Shown here: in pieces, positions 6,438 through 15,076 of the stretch
Numbering within the stretch: the stretch's first letter is position 1
How the letters are laid out: each line of letters opens with the position of its first letter
Source: an uncultured Eubacteriales bacterium
GTDB taxonomy: Bacteria > Acidobacteriota > Aminicenantia > Aminicenantales > Saccharicenantaceae
NCBI GenBank assembly: GCA_964574895.1
Contig: CAZNPB010000004.1
Span: 11,468-75,467 of the forward strand
Length of the DNA stretch: 64,000 nucleotides
Direction: 5' to 3'
Notes under the pieces: model-generated
The model's database searches: none
What the model was told of the DNA's origin: nothing
Seen by the model: the letters and a program-made list of their open reading frames with translations, nothing else
Made by a program: the position numbers and the translations under genes

Positions 6438-8750
6438 ATGCGGATCTTCGGCCATGCTTCCCAGGCCACGGCCGCCTCTTCGCCCGCCCCGGCCGCGCCG
6501 GCCCCGGAGCACCGGCACCGCAAGCTCCCCTACATCGCCGAGCGCCGGAAATACGACATCCTGATCGCCGCTTCGGGCCAGGCCGTCTACGACTACGACC
6601 TGGAGACGGGCGAGATCAGTTGGAGCGGCAGCGTCGAGAAGGTCCTCGGCTACCCCCCCGAGGAGATGGGCGGCATCGAGTCCTGGATCGAGCGCATCCA
6701 TCCGGAGGACCGCGACGAGGCCGTCCGGCTCCTCGAGGAGTCGGAGAAGAACCGCGAGACCTACGACGTCGACTTCCGCTTCCAGCACAAGAACGGCCGC
6801 TACCGCTGGATCCACGACCGCGGCTTCTTCCTCATCGAGGACGACCGCGACCTGCGGCGGATGATCGGCATGATGCAGGACATCCACGACCGCAAACAGG
6901 CCGAGCTGCTCCAGAGCGCCCTCTACAGGATCGCCCAGGCCGCCGACGCCTCGGCCGGCCTGGACGACCTCTACGGCTCGGTCCACGGCATCGTCGGCAC
7001 GGTCATGCCGGCCGCCAACTTCTACATCGCCATATTCGACGAGGCCGCCGGCCTCATCCACTTCCCCTACTTCGTCGACGAGATCGATCCGCCGCCGGAC
7101 CCGGTCAAACCCGGCAAAGGCCTGACCGAGTACGTCATCCGGACGGGCCGGTCCCTCCTCTGCGACGAGGCCACGGACCGCATCCTGCGCGGCCGGGGCG
7201 AGGTCGAGGTCGTCGGCGCGCCCTCCACCGTCTGGCTGGGCGTCCCGCTCATCGTCGGCGGCAAGACGCTGGGGGCCATGGTCGTCCAGCACTACGGCAA
7301 CCCGAACGCCTACGGCCCGGCCGAGCAGCGCATGCTCGAATACGTCTCCTCCCAGGTGGCCCGCTCGATCGGCCGCAAGACGGCCGAAGAGGCCCTGCGC
7401 CGCAGCGAACAGCGCCTGTCCCTGCACCTCCGGAAGACCCCGCTCGCGGTCATCGAGTGGGGCACGGACTTCCGCGTCCAGCAGTGGAACGCCGCGGCCG
7501 AGCAGATCTTCGGCTATCCGGCGGCGGAAGCCATCGGTCAGCACGCCTCCTTCATCGTCCCCGACGAGGTCAAGCCCCGCGCGGAGCGGATCTGGGACGA
7601 CTTGATGAACAACGCCGGGGGGGAGCGCGGGACCAACGCCAACGTGACCAAGGACGGCCGGACCATTTTCTGCGAATGGTACAACACCTCCCTGATCGAC
7701 GGCGAAGGCCGGGTCATCGGCGTGGCCTCCCTGGCCCAGGACGTCACCGAGCGCCAGCGCGCGGCCGACGCCCTGCGCGACAACGAGGAGCTCTACCGCC
7801 GGCTGGTCGCCGCCATCCCCGACCTGATCGTCCGGACCGACCTCGACGGCCGCATCCTGTACGCCAACGAGGTCGCCGAGCGCCTGAGCGGGACCCTCGG
7901 CGCCGGCGGGCTCGCGGGCCGCGACATCTACGACTTCATCGCCCCGGAGGACCGGGAGCGGGCCCAAAAGGGCACCCAAGCCCTATTCACCAAGCGGGTC
8001 GGGCCGCAGGAGATCAGCCTGATCTTCGACGGCAAGCCGCCCATCCGGTTCGAGATCGACGGGGCCGTCCTGCGCAGCGCCGACGGCAAGCCCTACGGCG
8101 TCGTTTATCTCTGCCGCGACATCACCGAGCGCAAGCAGGCCGAAGAAAAGCTCCGCCAGGGCCTGGTCCAGCTGCGCTCGACCCTGAAGGCGGCCATCGA
8201 TTCCCTGTCCTCGGCCATCGAGATGCGCGATCCCTACACGGCCGGCCACCAGGAGCGCACCACCCGGCTGGCCCGGGCCATCGCCGTCGAGATGGGCCTG
8301 GAGGCGGACAAGGTCGAGGCCATCGAGATCGCCGGCATCATCCACGACATCGGCAAGCTCTACGTCCCGGCCGAGATCCTGAGCAAGCCGACCAAGCTGA
8401 CCGAGCTCGAGTACGCCCTGATCAAGATGCACGCCCAGGCCGGCTACACCATCCTGAGCAAGATCGACTTCCCCTGGCCCATCGCCCGGATCGTCCACCA
8501 GCACCACGAGCTCGTCAACGGGTCCGGCTACCCGCAGGGCCTGTCGGGCAAGGACATCCTCATCGAGGCCCGCATCCTCTGCGTGGCCGACGTCGTCGAG
8601 GCCATGTCCTCGCACCGCCCCTACCGGCCGGCCCTGGGCATCTCGCTGGCCCTCGACGAGATCACCCAGAAGCGAGGCATCCTGTTCGACCGCGAGGTCG
8701 TCGACGCCTGCCTGCGCCTGTTCCGCGACAAGCACTTCAAGTTCGATTGA
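6438..8750 (+). CDS. PAS-GAF-PAS-PAS sensor with C-terminal HD-GYP c-di-GMP phosphodiesterase domain
   Basis: ORF track 6345..8750, trimmed to ATG 6438 (SD GAGGA). HDIGKLYVP and HHELVNGSGYPQGL motifs. PAS S-box-like repeats. Confidence 0.85.
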   Translation: MRIFGHASQATAASSPAPAAPAPEHRHRKLPYIAERRKYDILIAASGQAVYDYDLETGEISWSGSVEKVLGYPPEEMGGIESWIERIHPEDRDEAVRLLEESEKNRETYDVDFRFQHKNGRYRWIHDRGFFLIEDDRDLRRMIGMMQDIHDRKQAELLQSALYRIAQAADASAGLDDLYGSVHGIVGTVMPAANFYIAIFDEAAGLIHFPYFVDEIDPPPDPVKPGKGLTEYVIRTGRSLLCDEATDRILRGRGEVEVVGAPSTVWLGVPLIVGGKTLGAMVVQHYGNPNAYGPAEQRMLEYVSSQVARSIGRKTAEEALRRSEQRLSLHLRKTPLAVIEWGTDFRVQQWNAAAEQIFGYPAAEAIGQHASFIVPDEVKPRAERIWDDLMNNAGGERGTNANVTKDGRTIFCEWYNTSLIDGEGRVIGVASLAQDVTERQRAADALRDNEELYRRLVAAIPDLIVRTDLDGRILYANEVAERLSGTLGAGGLAGRDIYDFIAPEDRERAQKGTQALFTKRVGPQEISLIFDGKPPIRFEIDGAVLRSADGKPYGVVYLCRDITERKQAEEKLRQGLVQLRSTLKAAIDSLSSAIEMRDPYTAGHQERTTRLARAIAVEMGLEADKVEAIEIAGIIHDIGKLYVPAEILSKPTKLTELEYALIKMHAQAGYTILSKIDFPWPIARIVHQHHELVNGSGYPQGLSGKDILIEARILCVADVVEAMSSHRPYRPALGISLALDEITQKRGILFDREVVDACLRLFRDKHFKFD

Positions 8751-8784
8751 CCGGGACGCGCTGTTGGGCTAACATGCCCGGGAG

Positions 8785-9921
8785 ATGGACATGACCGCGG
8801 CCACCCTGATGAAGCTCCTGACGCCGCTCCTCCTGGCCCTGCCGCTGGCCGCCGCCGGGCGGACGCCCGGGGCCGCCGACCGGCCCAACCAGCGGGCCGA
8901 CGCGCGCCTGGCCCGCGTCGGGTCGCCGCGCGAGCCCGGCGCCGGGGTCCTCGTCCTGCGGGACGGCCGGATGGTCTACCTGGGCGTCCGCGGCGTCGCC
9001 GACCTGCAGGGCATGCGCCCCATCGACGGCCGGACGTCCTTCCGGCTGGCCTCGGTCACCAAACAGTTCACGGCCATGGCCGTGATGCTGCTCGTCCGCG
9101 ACGGCCGGCTCCGCTACGAGGACGCCCTGACGGACCTCTTCCCCGGCTTCCCGGACTACGGCCGGGGCATCACGGTCCGCCATCTTCTCAACCACGCTTC
9201 GGGCCTGCCCGATTACGAGGACCTGATGCCGCCCGCCGACCCCAAGTCGCCCGTGGAACAGGCCCAGATCAACGACGCCGGCGTGCTCGAGCTCCTGAAG
9301 GGGCAGACGGCCGGTTGGTTCGTGCCGGGCGCGCTGTGGCGCTACAGCAATTCCGGCTACGTCCTGCTCGGCCTGATCGTCGAGAAGGTCTCGGGCCGGT
9401 CCTTCCCGACCTTCCTGCGCGAGCGCGTCTTCGCCCCGCTGCGGATGGACAACACGGTCGCCTTCGTCCGCGGCCGCAACACCGTCCCCGACCGCGCCTT
9501 CGGTTATGCCAAGGACGGCCGCCGCTGGCGCTTCGCCGATCAGAGCCCGACCTCGGCCACCCTCGGCGACGGCGGCGTCTATTCCTCCCTCTACGACCTG
9601 ACGCTCTGGGACGAGGCCCTGCGGAGCCGCCGGCTCCTCGGCGAGGCGGACATGGCCCCGGCCCTGGCCCCGGTGCGGGTGACCGGCAAGGGGCCCGTCG
9701 GCCCGGACGGCAAACCGGCCGATTACGGCTTCGGCTGGTTCCTCAACGGCTGGCAGGGACGCCCGCGGATGTGGCACTACGGCGAGACGTCCGGCTTCCG
9801 GACCTCGATCCAGCGCTTCACGTCGGACGGGTTGACGGTGATCGTGCTGGCCAACCGCGCCGACCTGGACGCCAACGCCCTGGCCGTGGAGATCGCGGGG
9901 TACTTCCTGGACGCCCGATAG
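8785..9921 (+). CDS. serine hydrolase, class-C beta-lactamase / family-VIII esterase-like
   Basis: 378 aa. Signal peptide. SxxK (SVTKQF) and YxN (YSNSGY) motifs. ATG 8791 is an alternative start. Confidence 0.85.
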   Translation: MDMTAATLMKLLTPLLLALPLAAAGRTPGAADRPNQRADARLARVGSPREPGAGVLVLRDGRMVYLGVRGVADLQGMRPIDGRTSFRLASVTKQFTAMAVMLLVRDGRLRYEDALTDLFPGFPDYGRGITVRHLLNHASGLPDYEDLMPPADPKSPVEQAQINDAGVLELLKGQTAGWFVPGALWRYSNSGYVLLGLIVEKVSGRSFPTFLRERVFAPLRMDNTVAFVRGRNTVPDRAFGYAKDGRRWRFADQSPTSATLGDGGVYSSLYDLTLWDEALRSRRLLGEADMAPALAPVRVTGKGPVGPDGKPADYGFGWFLNGWQGRPRMWHYGETSGFRTSIQRFTSDGLTVIVLANRADLDANALAVEIAGYFLDAR

Positions 9922-9945
9922 GGCGGCGGAACGGCCGGCGGGCCG

Positions 9946-10308
9946 CTAAGCGACGGTCGTCGGGATGCCTTCGTTCCGGCCGTAGAGATGGCGGATGAGG
10001 GACAGCACGACCTGCGACGTCAGCTTCTGGAACTCGACCCCGATCTCATAGAGATTGTCGCTTCCCTGGGGCTTCACCCAGCGGACGTCGCCGTCGAGGA
10101 CGACGACCTGGTCCGTGCCGTTCAGGCTCAAGCGGATGCGGATAGCCGAGCCCACGGGGTAGGCTTTCGCGGCGACGATGCGCGCCCCCCCGGTGGAGAG
10201 ATCGTAGGTGTGGGCGGCGATGCCCGCGCCCTGGTACTTATCGACCGAGGTCCGGATGAGGACCTCGTTCCGTTCGACGAAGCGGTGCCGCCTGCGGCGT
10301 TCGAACAT
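9946..10308 (-). CDS. stand-alone PilZ domain protein (PilZ-1)
   Basis: ORF track 9946..10590, trimmed to ATG 10308 (SD AGGAG). 120 aa. RxxxR (RRRRHR) and DxSxxG (DLSTGG) motifs. Confidence 0.85.
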   Translation of the reverse strand: MFERRRRHRFVERNEVLIRTSVDKYQGAGIAAHTYDLSTGGARIVAAKAYPVGSAIRIRLSLNGTDQVVVLDGDVRWVKPQGSDNLYEIGVEFQKLTSQVVLSLIRHLYGRNEGIPTTVA

Positions 10309-10329
10309 GATCGGCTCCTGTTCGCCCCC

Positions 10330-10375
10330 ATTGTCCCGCGGCCGGGCGGCGCGGGACATCACCCCGGCGGGTGAT
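10330..10375 (-). promoter_or_regulatory. candidate PilZ-1 promoter with palindrome ATCACC-CCGGCG-GGTGAT
   Basis: -10-like GACAAT (10335-10330) lies 22 nt downstream of GGGGTGAT, the same geometry as at 3277-3322 and 13359-13416. The -35 (TGTCCC) is weak. Confidence 0.4.
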
Positions 10376-10462
10376 TCGGGCGGTGATTTCCCGCCCCTCG
10401 CCGGCCGCCGCCGGCGGCCGTTGACGGTCTTTCGCCGCGGTGTTATCCTGGCCTCACCCGCC

Positions 10463-11317
10463 ATGAAAGCCGCCAAGACCTGGGCCCTGGTCCTTATGGG
10501 CGGCGGCGCCCGGGGCCTGGCCCATGTCGGCGTCATCCGGGTCCTCGAGAAGGCCGGTCTGGTCCCCGACGTCGTCGCCGGCACGTCCATGGGCGGCCTG
10601 GTCGGCGGGCTCTACGCGGCAGGGGTGTCCGGGACCCGGATGACCGAGATGATCGTCGGCCTGGACTTCGAGGCCCTGGGCGGCGGCGCCCGCCGGGGGC
10701 TTTTCAAGCGCTCCGGCAACCTGTTCGAATACATCCTGCTCTCGGACACCAAGAACCGCTTCTTCACCAAGATCGGCCTGGAGAAGGAGGACGCCATCGA
10801 GGCCTACCTGAAGGGCTGCGTCGGCGAGGTCCGCATCGAGGACCTGCCGGTCCGGTTCCTCTGCAACGCCGTCGACCTGGCGTCCGGGCGCGAGGTCGTG
10901 TTCACCCGGGGCAAGCTCTATCGGGCCCTGCGGGCGACCATGTCCCTGCCCATCGTTTTCGAGCCCGTGCGCCGGGACCGCATGGTCCTGACGGACGGGG
11001 GCATCCTCAACAGCGCGCCGGTCGAGGCGGCCCGGGCGGCCGGGGCCGAGGTGACCGTCCTCGTCGACATCCACCGGCCGCTGAAGCGTCTGCCTCGCGA
11101 GAAGCTCAAGAGCGCCTTCCAGATCATCCAGCGGACGGTCGAGGTGGCCACGGCCGCGTCGTTCGCGGAGCGGGGGCGCCACGCCGACTACATCGTCCGC
11201 GTCCCCGTCGACCAGGGGGTCCTGCAGTTCTCCAAGCCCCGCTCGATCGTGGCCAAGGGCGAGCGGATCGCCGCGGCCGAGCTCGAGGGCCTGAAGAAGG
11301 CCATCGGCGCCTGTTGA
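10463..11317 (+). CDS. patatin-like phospholipase (RssA/NTE-type)
   Basis: ORF track 10208..11317, trimmed to ATG 10463. GGGARG oxyanion motif, GTSMG (GxSxG) and DGG motifs. Confidence 0.85.
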   Translation: MKAAKTWALVLMGGGARGLAHVGVIRVLEKAGLVPDVVAGTSMGGLVGGLYAAGVSGTRMTEMIVGLDFEALGGGARRGLFKRSGNLFEYILLSDTKNRFFTKIGLEKEDAIEAYLKGCVGEVRIEDLPVRFLCNAVDLASGREVVFTRGKLYRALRATMSLPIVFEPVRRDRMVLTDGGILNSAPVEAARAAGAEVTVLVDIHRPLKRLPREKLKSAFQIIQRTVEVATAASFAERGRHADYIVRVPVDQGVLQFSKPRSIVAKGERIAAAELEGLKKAIGAC

Positions 11318-11446
11318 GAGCGCCGGGCCGCGGCGCGCGACCGTCCGACCGATCGCGGGATATTGACGGCTTCTTGACAACTCCCCCGCCGGCCGGGCCT
11401 ACGCTATCCCCGTCGAGACCAAGAACGCCCGGGCAGGAGGCCGGCC

Positions 11447-11998
11447 ATGAGGATCCGCAAGGGAACCGCGCTCGCCGCCGCGCTCGGCCTGGCCCTGGCG
11501 CTCTCCGCTGCCCCGGCGGCGAACGGTCAGACCGGGGCCGCGCCCCGGGCCGGGATGGCAGGCGACGTGTCCGGCCTGCCGTCCGAAAACACGGCCGTGG
11601 CCCTCGGAGCGGTCGGGGCCCTGGCCGGCGTGTTCCTGCCGCTCGTGGATTCCCAAGGCTCCGGCGGCGGATGGGCGCTGCTGACGACCTGGTGCGCCGG
11701 CCCGTCCCTGGGCTTCTTCTATGGCGGCTGCTGGGGCCGGGGGCTGCTGACGACGGGCCTGCGGTTCGGGTTATGTTTGGCCGGCGCGCTCGCGGCCCTG
11801 GACAGCGACAACTACGGCGGGATCGTCTATCTCTGGCTGGGCGGCATGGCCGCGACGACGATGTGGGACCTGGTCACGACCCGCCGCGCCGTCCGCAAGC
11901 GGAACCAGCGGATCGCGGCCCGGCAGGGCCTCCGGCTCGAGGTCGCGCCGCTCGTCCTGCGCAAGGGGGCCGGGCTCAAGCTGCAGGTGAGCTTCTAG
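11447..11998 (+). CDS. polytopic membrane protein, function unknown
   Basis: 183 aa. SD AGGAGG. Signal-like N-terminus and three or more hydrophobic segments. GC3-rich frame. Confidence 0.65.
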   Translation: MRIRKGTALAAALGLALALSAAPAANGQTGAAPRAGMAGDVSGLPSENTAVALGAVGALAGVFLPLVDSQGSGGGWALLTTWCAGPSLGFFYGGCWGRGLLTTGLRFGLCLAGALAALDSDNYGGIVYLWLGGMAATTMWDLVTTRRAVRKRNQRIAARQGLRLEVAPLVLRKGAGLKLQVSF

Positions 11999-12011
11999 CC
12001 GGGACGGTCCG

Positions 12012-12914
12012 TCAATCCCAATCCCGGAAGACGAACCCGATCCCGACGCGGTGGATGCGGTGGTCGTAGTCGAGCAGGCTCTCGCCGTAGCCCAGGAAGT
12101 ACTGGACGTAGCCGGCGACCATGGCGAACATCGGGAAGCTCCACTCGACCTGGACGGCGCCCCGGTTCTCGCGGAAGTTGAGGTTGTCGCGGACCATGAT
12201 GCCGAGGCGGTGCCTCTTGATGAAGTAGTAGGCCCAGAGCTCGCCGGGCCCCATGTAATGGGTCAGGCCGGGATTGTCGTCCAGGGGATCGCGGAAGCGG
12301 ATCCAGCCCTTGAGCAGGAGCGACAGCCGGCCCCGCTCGATCCCGGCGCTGGCCACCAGCCGGTTCCAGCTCCGCGACAAGGGCTCCGACTGGCCGTTGG
12401 ATTGGTGGTTGAACCCGATCTGGACGAAGCGGCCGTCGAAGCCGAGGATGCGGTAGCGGGTGCCGAAGTTCAGCAGCAGCTCCGGCTCGTAATCCGTCTC
12501 CCGGAACGGCGAGCTGTCGTCGAAGTTGTAGAGCTGCCAGAAGGACCGCTGGGTGTAAGCGGCCCACAGGCAGACGTCCCGGCCGAATATGTCGCGCCAC
12601 AACCGGGCCTTGAAGCTCAGCTGGAACACGACCTCCGGCTTGACCAGGGTCTTGGCCGGATCGACCTCCTGGAGGGGCGCCGGATTGGGGTTGTCGTTGT
12701 ACGAGAACATGAGGCCGTAGTTGGCGCGATGGAAGGTGATGCCGGGCTGGCCGGCCCGCGCCGTCCGGTCGAGCTGCCAGAGCTGGGTGAAATAGGACGG
12801 CTTGACGGCCGGGGCGGGGTCCTCGGGAAGGGCCGCGAGGTCCCCGGCCAGCAGCGCGAAGATCACCGCCGGGCCCAGGAGGAAGCCCGCCTTGGGCCGG
12901 TTCCATATGGACAT
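12012..12914 (-). CDS. pldA: outer-membrane phospholipase A (OMPLA)
   Basis: ORF track 12012..13391, trimmed to ATG 12914. 300 aa. Catalytic HQSNG block and a beta-barrel pattern ending in ...GIGFVFRDWD. Confidence 0.85.
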   Translation of the reverse strand: MSIWNRPKAGFLLGPAVIFALLAGDLAALPEDPAPAVKPSYFTQLWQLDRTARAGQPGITFHRANYGLMFSYNDNPNPAPLQEVDPAKTLVKPEVVFQLSFKARLWRDIFGRDVCLWAAYTQRSFWQLYNFDDSSPFRETDYEPELLLNFGTRYRILGFDGRFVQIGFNHQSNGQSEPLSRSWNRLVASAGIERGRLSLLLKGWIRFRDPLDDNPGLTHYMGPGELWAYYFIKRHRLGIMVRDNLNFRENRGAVQVEWSFPMFAMVAGYVQYFLGYGESLLDYDHRIHRVGIGFVFRDWD

Positions 12915-12943
12915 GGAAGACCGCCTTTCCGCCGGGCCCCGGC

Positions 12944-13312
12944 TCAAGACACCCGGGACGGGATGGCGACGTTCTTGCCGTAGAAGTGCCTGATCAGGGC
13001 CAGGAAGGTGTCCGGGATGCTGTGCAGGAACTCGACGCCGATATCGGTTTGTTTGTCGGTCTGGCTGGGCTGGCTCCAGATGACCCGGCCGTCGACCTTG
13101 ACGAATTGCTCGGTCCGTTCGAGGTCGATGACGACATGGACGATCTCGCCGGCGGAAAAGTGCTTCTTGCAGCAGATCCGGGCCCCGGTGACGGACAGAT
13201 CGTAGGTGTAGGCGTTGACGGCGCTCTTCTCGGGGTGTCCGTCCGGCCTGGCGGCATCGCGGATCAGGACCCGGTCCCGCTCTTCGAACCTCTTGTCTTT
13301 TCGGTGCTCCAA
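12944..13312 (-). CDS. stand-alone PilZ domain protein (PilZ-2), co-transcribed with pldA
   Basis: ORF track 12944..13387, trimmed to TTG 13312 (SD GGAGGA 7 nt upstream). RKDKR (RxxxR) and DLSVTG motifs. The C-terminal LIRHFYGKN..IP matches PilZ-1. Confidence 0.8.
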   Translation of the reverse strand: MEHRKDKRFEERDRVLIRDAARPDGHPEKSAVNAYTYDLSVTGARICCKKHFSAGEIVHVVIDLERTEQFVKVDGRVIWSQPSQTDKQTDIGVEFLHSIPDTFLALIRHFYGKNVAIPSRVS

Positions 13313-13358
13313 TTCCCGTTCCTCCGGCGATGACGGTATGATCGCTCTTGAAGGGCCT

Positions 13359-13416
13359 ATTTTCAAGGTCCAAGGCGCGCCGGTCAATCACCCCCCAAGG
13401 TTAATCACCGGGTGAA
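13359..13416 (-). promoter_or_regulatory. PilZ-2/pldA promoter (TTGACC-17-GAAAAT) with tandem ATCACC/GGTGA palindromes
   Basis: Minus strand: TTGACC 13387-13382, GAAAAT 13364-13359. Plus strand: ATCACC-CCCCAA-GGTTAA at 13387-13404 and ATCACC-G-GGTGAA at 13404-13416. Confidence 0.5.
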
Positions 13417-13538
13417 ATGGGGGGCGCGCCGGAGGATCTCCGCCGTGGTCATCATGGCAGATCCGTGGCCCGATTACCGGTCACGGGGCAAAAGACCTGG
13501 CGGCCAAAAAAAAGAAGCTAAATAGCAGAAAAGAAAAG

Positions 13539-13613
13539 TGCCCCTGGCCTGACTCGAACAGGCGACAAACAGATTAGGAATCTGCTGCTCTATCCATACT
13601 GAGCTACAGGGGC
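13539..13613 (-). tRNA. tRNA-Arg (anticodon CCU)
   Basis: Hand-folded cloverleaf. Acceptor GCCCCTG/CAGGGGC, D stem GCTC/GAGC, anticodon loop TTCCTAA, T arm GCCTG-TTCGAGT-CAGGC. CCA is not encoded. A T-rich tract follows on the minus strand. Confidence 0.9.
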
Positions 13614-13633
13614 CCGAACGACGGAGCGCCCTT

Positions 13634-13662
13634 ACTATAGCCGAATCGCCCCCCCGATTCAA
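13634..13662 (-). promoter_or_regulatory. tRNA-Arg promoter (TTGAAT-17-TATAGT)
   Basis: Minus strand: TTGAAT 13662-13657, TATAGT 13639-13634, about 20 nt upstream of the tRNA 5' end. Confidence 0.65.
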
Positions 13663-13726
13663 TGCGGCGGCGGGGCCCGACGAAGCCGCTCACCGGCCCG
13701 GGACGGCGGCCTAAAGAGATGATTAT

Positions 13727-14572
13727 TCAGCGCTTTCGCGTCTTGGGCGGCGGCTGGCACCTGGGGCAGAAATGGCTCGACCGGCCGCCGACGCGGGTCA
13801 TCCGGATGGGCGTCCCGCAGACGAGGCAGGGCTCCCCCGTCCGGCCGTAGACCTTGTGCTCGAACTGGAAGTCGCCGGGGTTGCCGTCAGCGTCGCGATA
13901 GCCGGCGTCGGCCAGGGTCGAACCGCCGGCCGCGACGGCCGCGGCCAGGATGCGGCGCATCGAACCATGCAGGCGCCCGACGGCGCCGGCCCGCAGCGAC
14001 GAGGCCGGCCGCAGCGGGTGGACGCCGGCCTCGAAGAGCGTCTCGTCGGCATAGATGTTGCCGACGCCGGCGATCCGGGTCTGGTCGAGCAGGACGCTCT
14101 TGACGCGGCCGCGCCGCGATCGGAGGATGGCGGCGAATTCCTCCGGGGAGAGCTCGAGCGGCTCCGGGCCGAGACAGGCCAGCTCGCGGCAGGCCGCCTC
14201 GGGCTCGCCGTCGAGGCAGAGCAGGAAGCCGAACTTGCGGACGTCGCGGAACCGCAGCTCGTCGGCCCCGTCCTCGAACCGGACGACGAGGCGGACGTGC
14301 TTGTCGCGCGACGAACCCGGGGCCGCGAACAGGAACTGGCCGGTCATCTTGAGGTGGAAGACGAGGGTCCGGCGGCCTTCGCATTCGACGAGGAGCATCT
14401 TGCCGCGGCGCCGGACGCTGAGGACGCGGCGGCCGCGCAGGGCCGCGAGGTCCCGGGGCCCGCCGGTCCGCAGGAGCGGCCGATGGAGGAGATCGAGGCC
14501 GGCGATCGTCCGGCCGGCGAGTCGCGGCCGGAGCGAGCGGGCGATGGTCTCGACCTCGGGCAGCTCGGGCAT
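13727..14572 (-). CDS. mutM: formamidopyrimidine-DNA glycosylase
   Basis: 281 aa. N-terminal MPELPEVE, H2TH region, C-terminal zinc finger CLVCGTPI...CPRCQ. Confidence 0.9.
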   Translation of the reverse strand: MPELPEVETIARSLRPRLAGRTIAGLDLLHRPLLRTGGPRDLAALRGRRVLSVRRRGKMLLVECEGRRTLVFHLKMTGQFLFAAPGSSRDKHVRLVVRFEDGADELRFRDVRKFGFLLCLDGEPEAACRELACLGPEPLELSPEEFAAILRSRRGRVKSVLLDQTRIAGVGNIYADETLFEAGVHPLRPASSLRAGAVGRLHGSMRRILAAAVAAGGSTLADAGYRDADGNPGDFQFEHKVYGRTGEPCLVCGTPIRMTRVGGRSSHFCPRCQPPPKTRKR

Positions 14573-14594
14573 ACCCTCATTCTATCAAACGCCG

Positions 14595-14662
14595 GAAGGG
14601 GTCAGGCCTACTTTTTTCCCTGCCCGCCAAGAAAGGGGAAAGAAGTCAGGCCCGACCCCATC
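14595..14662. repeat. diverged family-1-like hairpin (GGGGTCAGGCCT...AGGCCCGACCCC)
   Basis: Imperfect inverted repeat of about 25 bp per arm, by eye roughly four-fifths matching. It lies in the mutM / membrane-protein divergent gap. Confidence 0.55.
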
Positions 14663-14698
14663 CTGACGAACTTGATTTGGCGGGAGGTTTGCTTTAAG

Positions 14699-15076
14699 AT
14701 GCCTGTCATGAAGATCAAAGGCGTTTTGGCGCTCGCCCTCGGCTGGGCCGTGCCCGGCCTGGGCCACGCCGTCCAAAAGAAATATGGGCGGGCCCTCCTG
14801 TTCTTCATCTCCATCTTCGCCATGACCGGCCTGGGCCTGGCCATGAGCGGCCGCGTCTATCCCTTCCAGACGGACAACCCCTTGACCATCCTGGCCTTCT
14901 TCGCCGACATCGGCAACGGCCTCTTCTACATCCTGGCCCGCCTCCTCCACTGGGGCGGCGGCGACCTGGCCCGGGCCACGTTCGAGTTCGGGACGGCCTA
15001 CCTCGCCGGGGCCGGGCTGCTCAATTTCCTGGTGGCCATCGACGCCTACGACATCGGCGCGGGGAAGAAGTCATGA
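14699..15076 (+). CDS. small integral membrane protein
   Basis: Real part of ORF 13772..15076. 125 aa from ATG 14699. Three to four hydrophobic helices (GWAVPGLGH...). Confidence 0.65.
   Translation: MPVMKIKGVLALALGWAVPGLGHAVQKKYGRALLFFISIFAMTGLGLAMSGRVYPFQTDNPLTILAFFADIGNGLFYILARLLHWGGGDLARATFEFGTAYLAGAGLLNFLVAIDAYDIGAGKKS

Noticed and set aside
10208-10462. 85-codon N-terminal extension of the patatin ORF.
   Set aside because: The extension overlaps the PilZ-1 gene and promoter on the opposite strand and is Arg/Ser-rich. The patatin domain and a hydrophobic N-terminus begin at ATG 10463.
12012-13391. 459-aa ORF that would fuse the PilZ-2 region to OMPLA.
   Set aside because: The upstream 159 codons are Arg/Pro-rich nonsense in a different frame from the PilZ domain. 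OMPLA begins at ATG 12914 with its own signal peptide, and PilZ-2 is a separate frame (12944-13312).
13500-13538. A-rich low-GC tract next to tRNA-Arg, considered as a possible integration (att) scar or island border.
   Set aside because: On the tRNA strand it is a T-rich run directly after the 3' end, consistent with termination. I saw no integrase, no direct repeat of the tRNA 3' half, and no foreign-looking genes flanking it.
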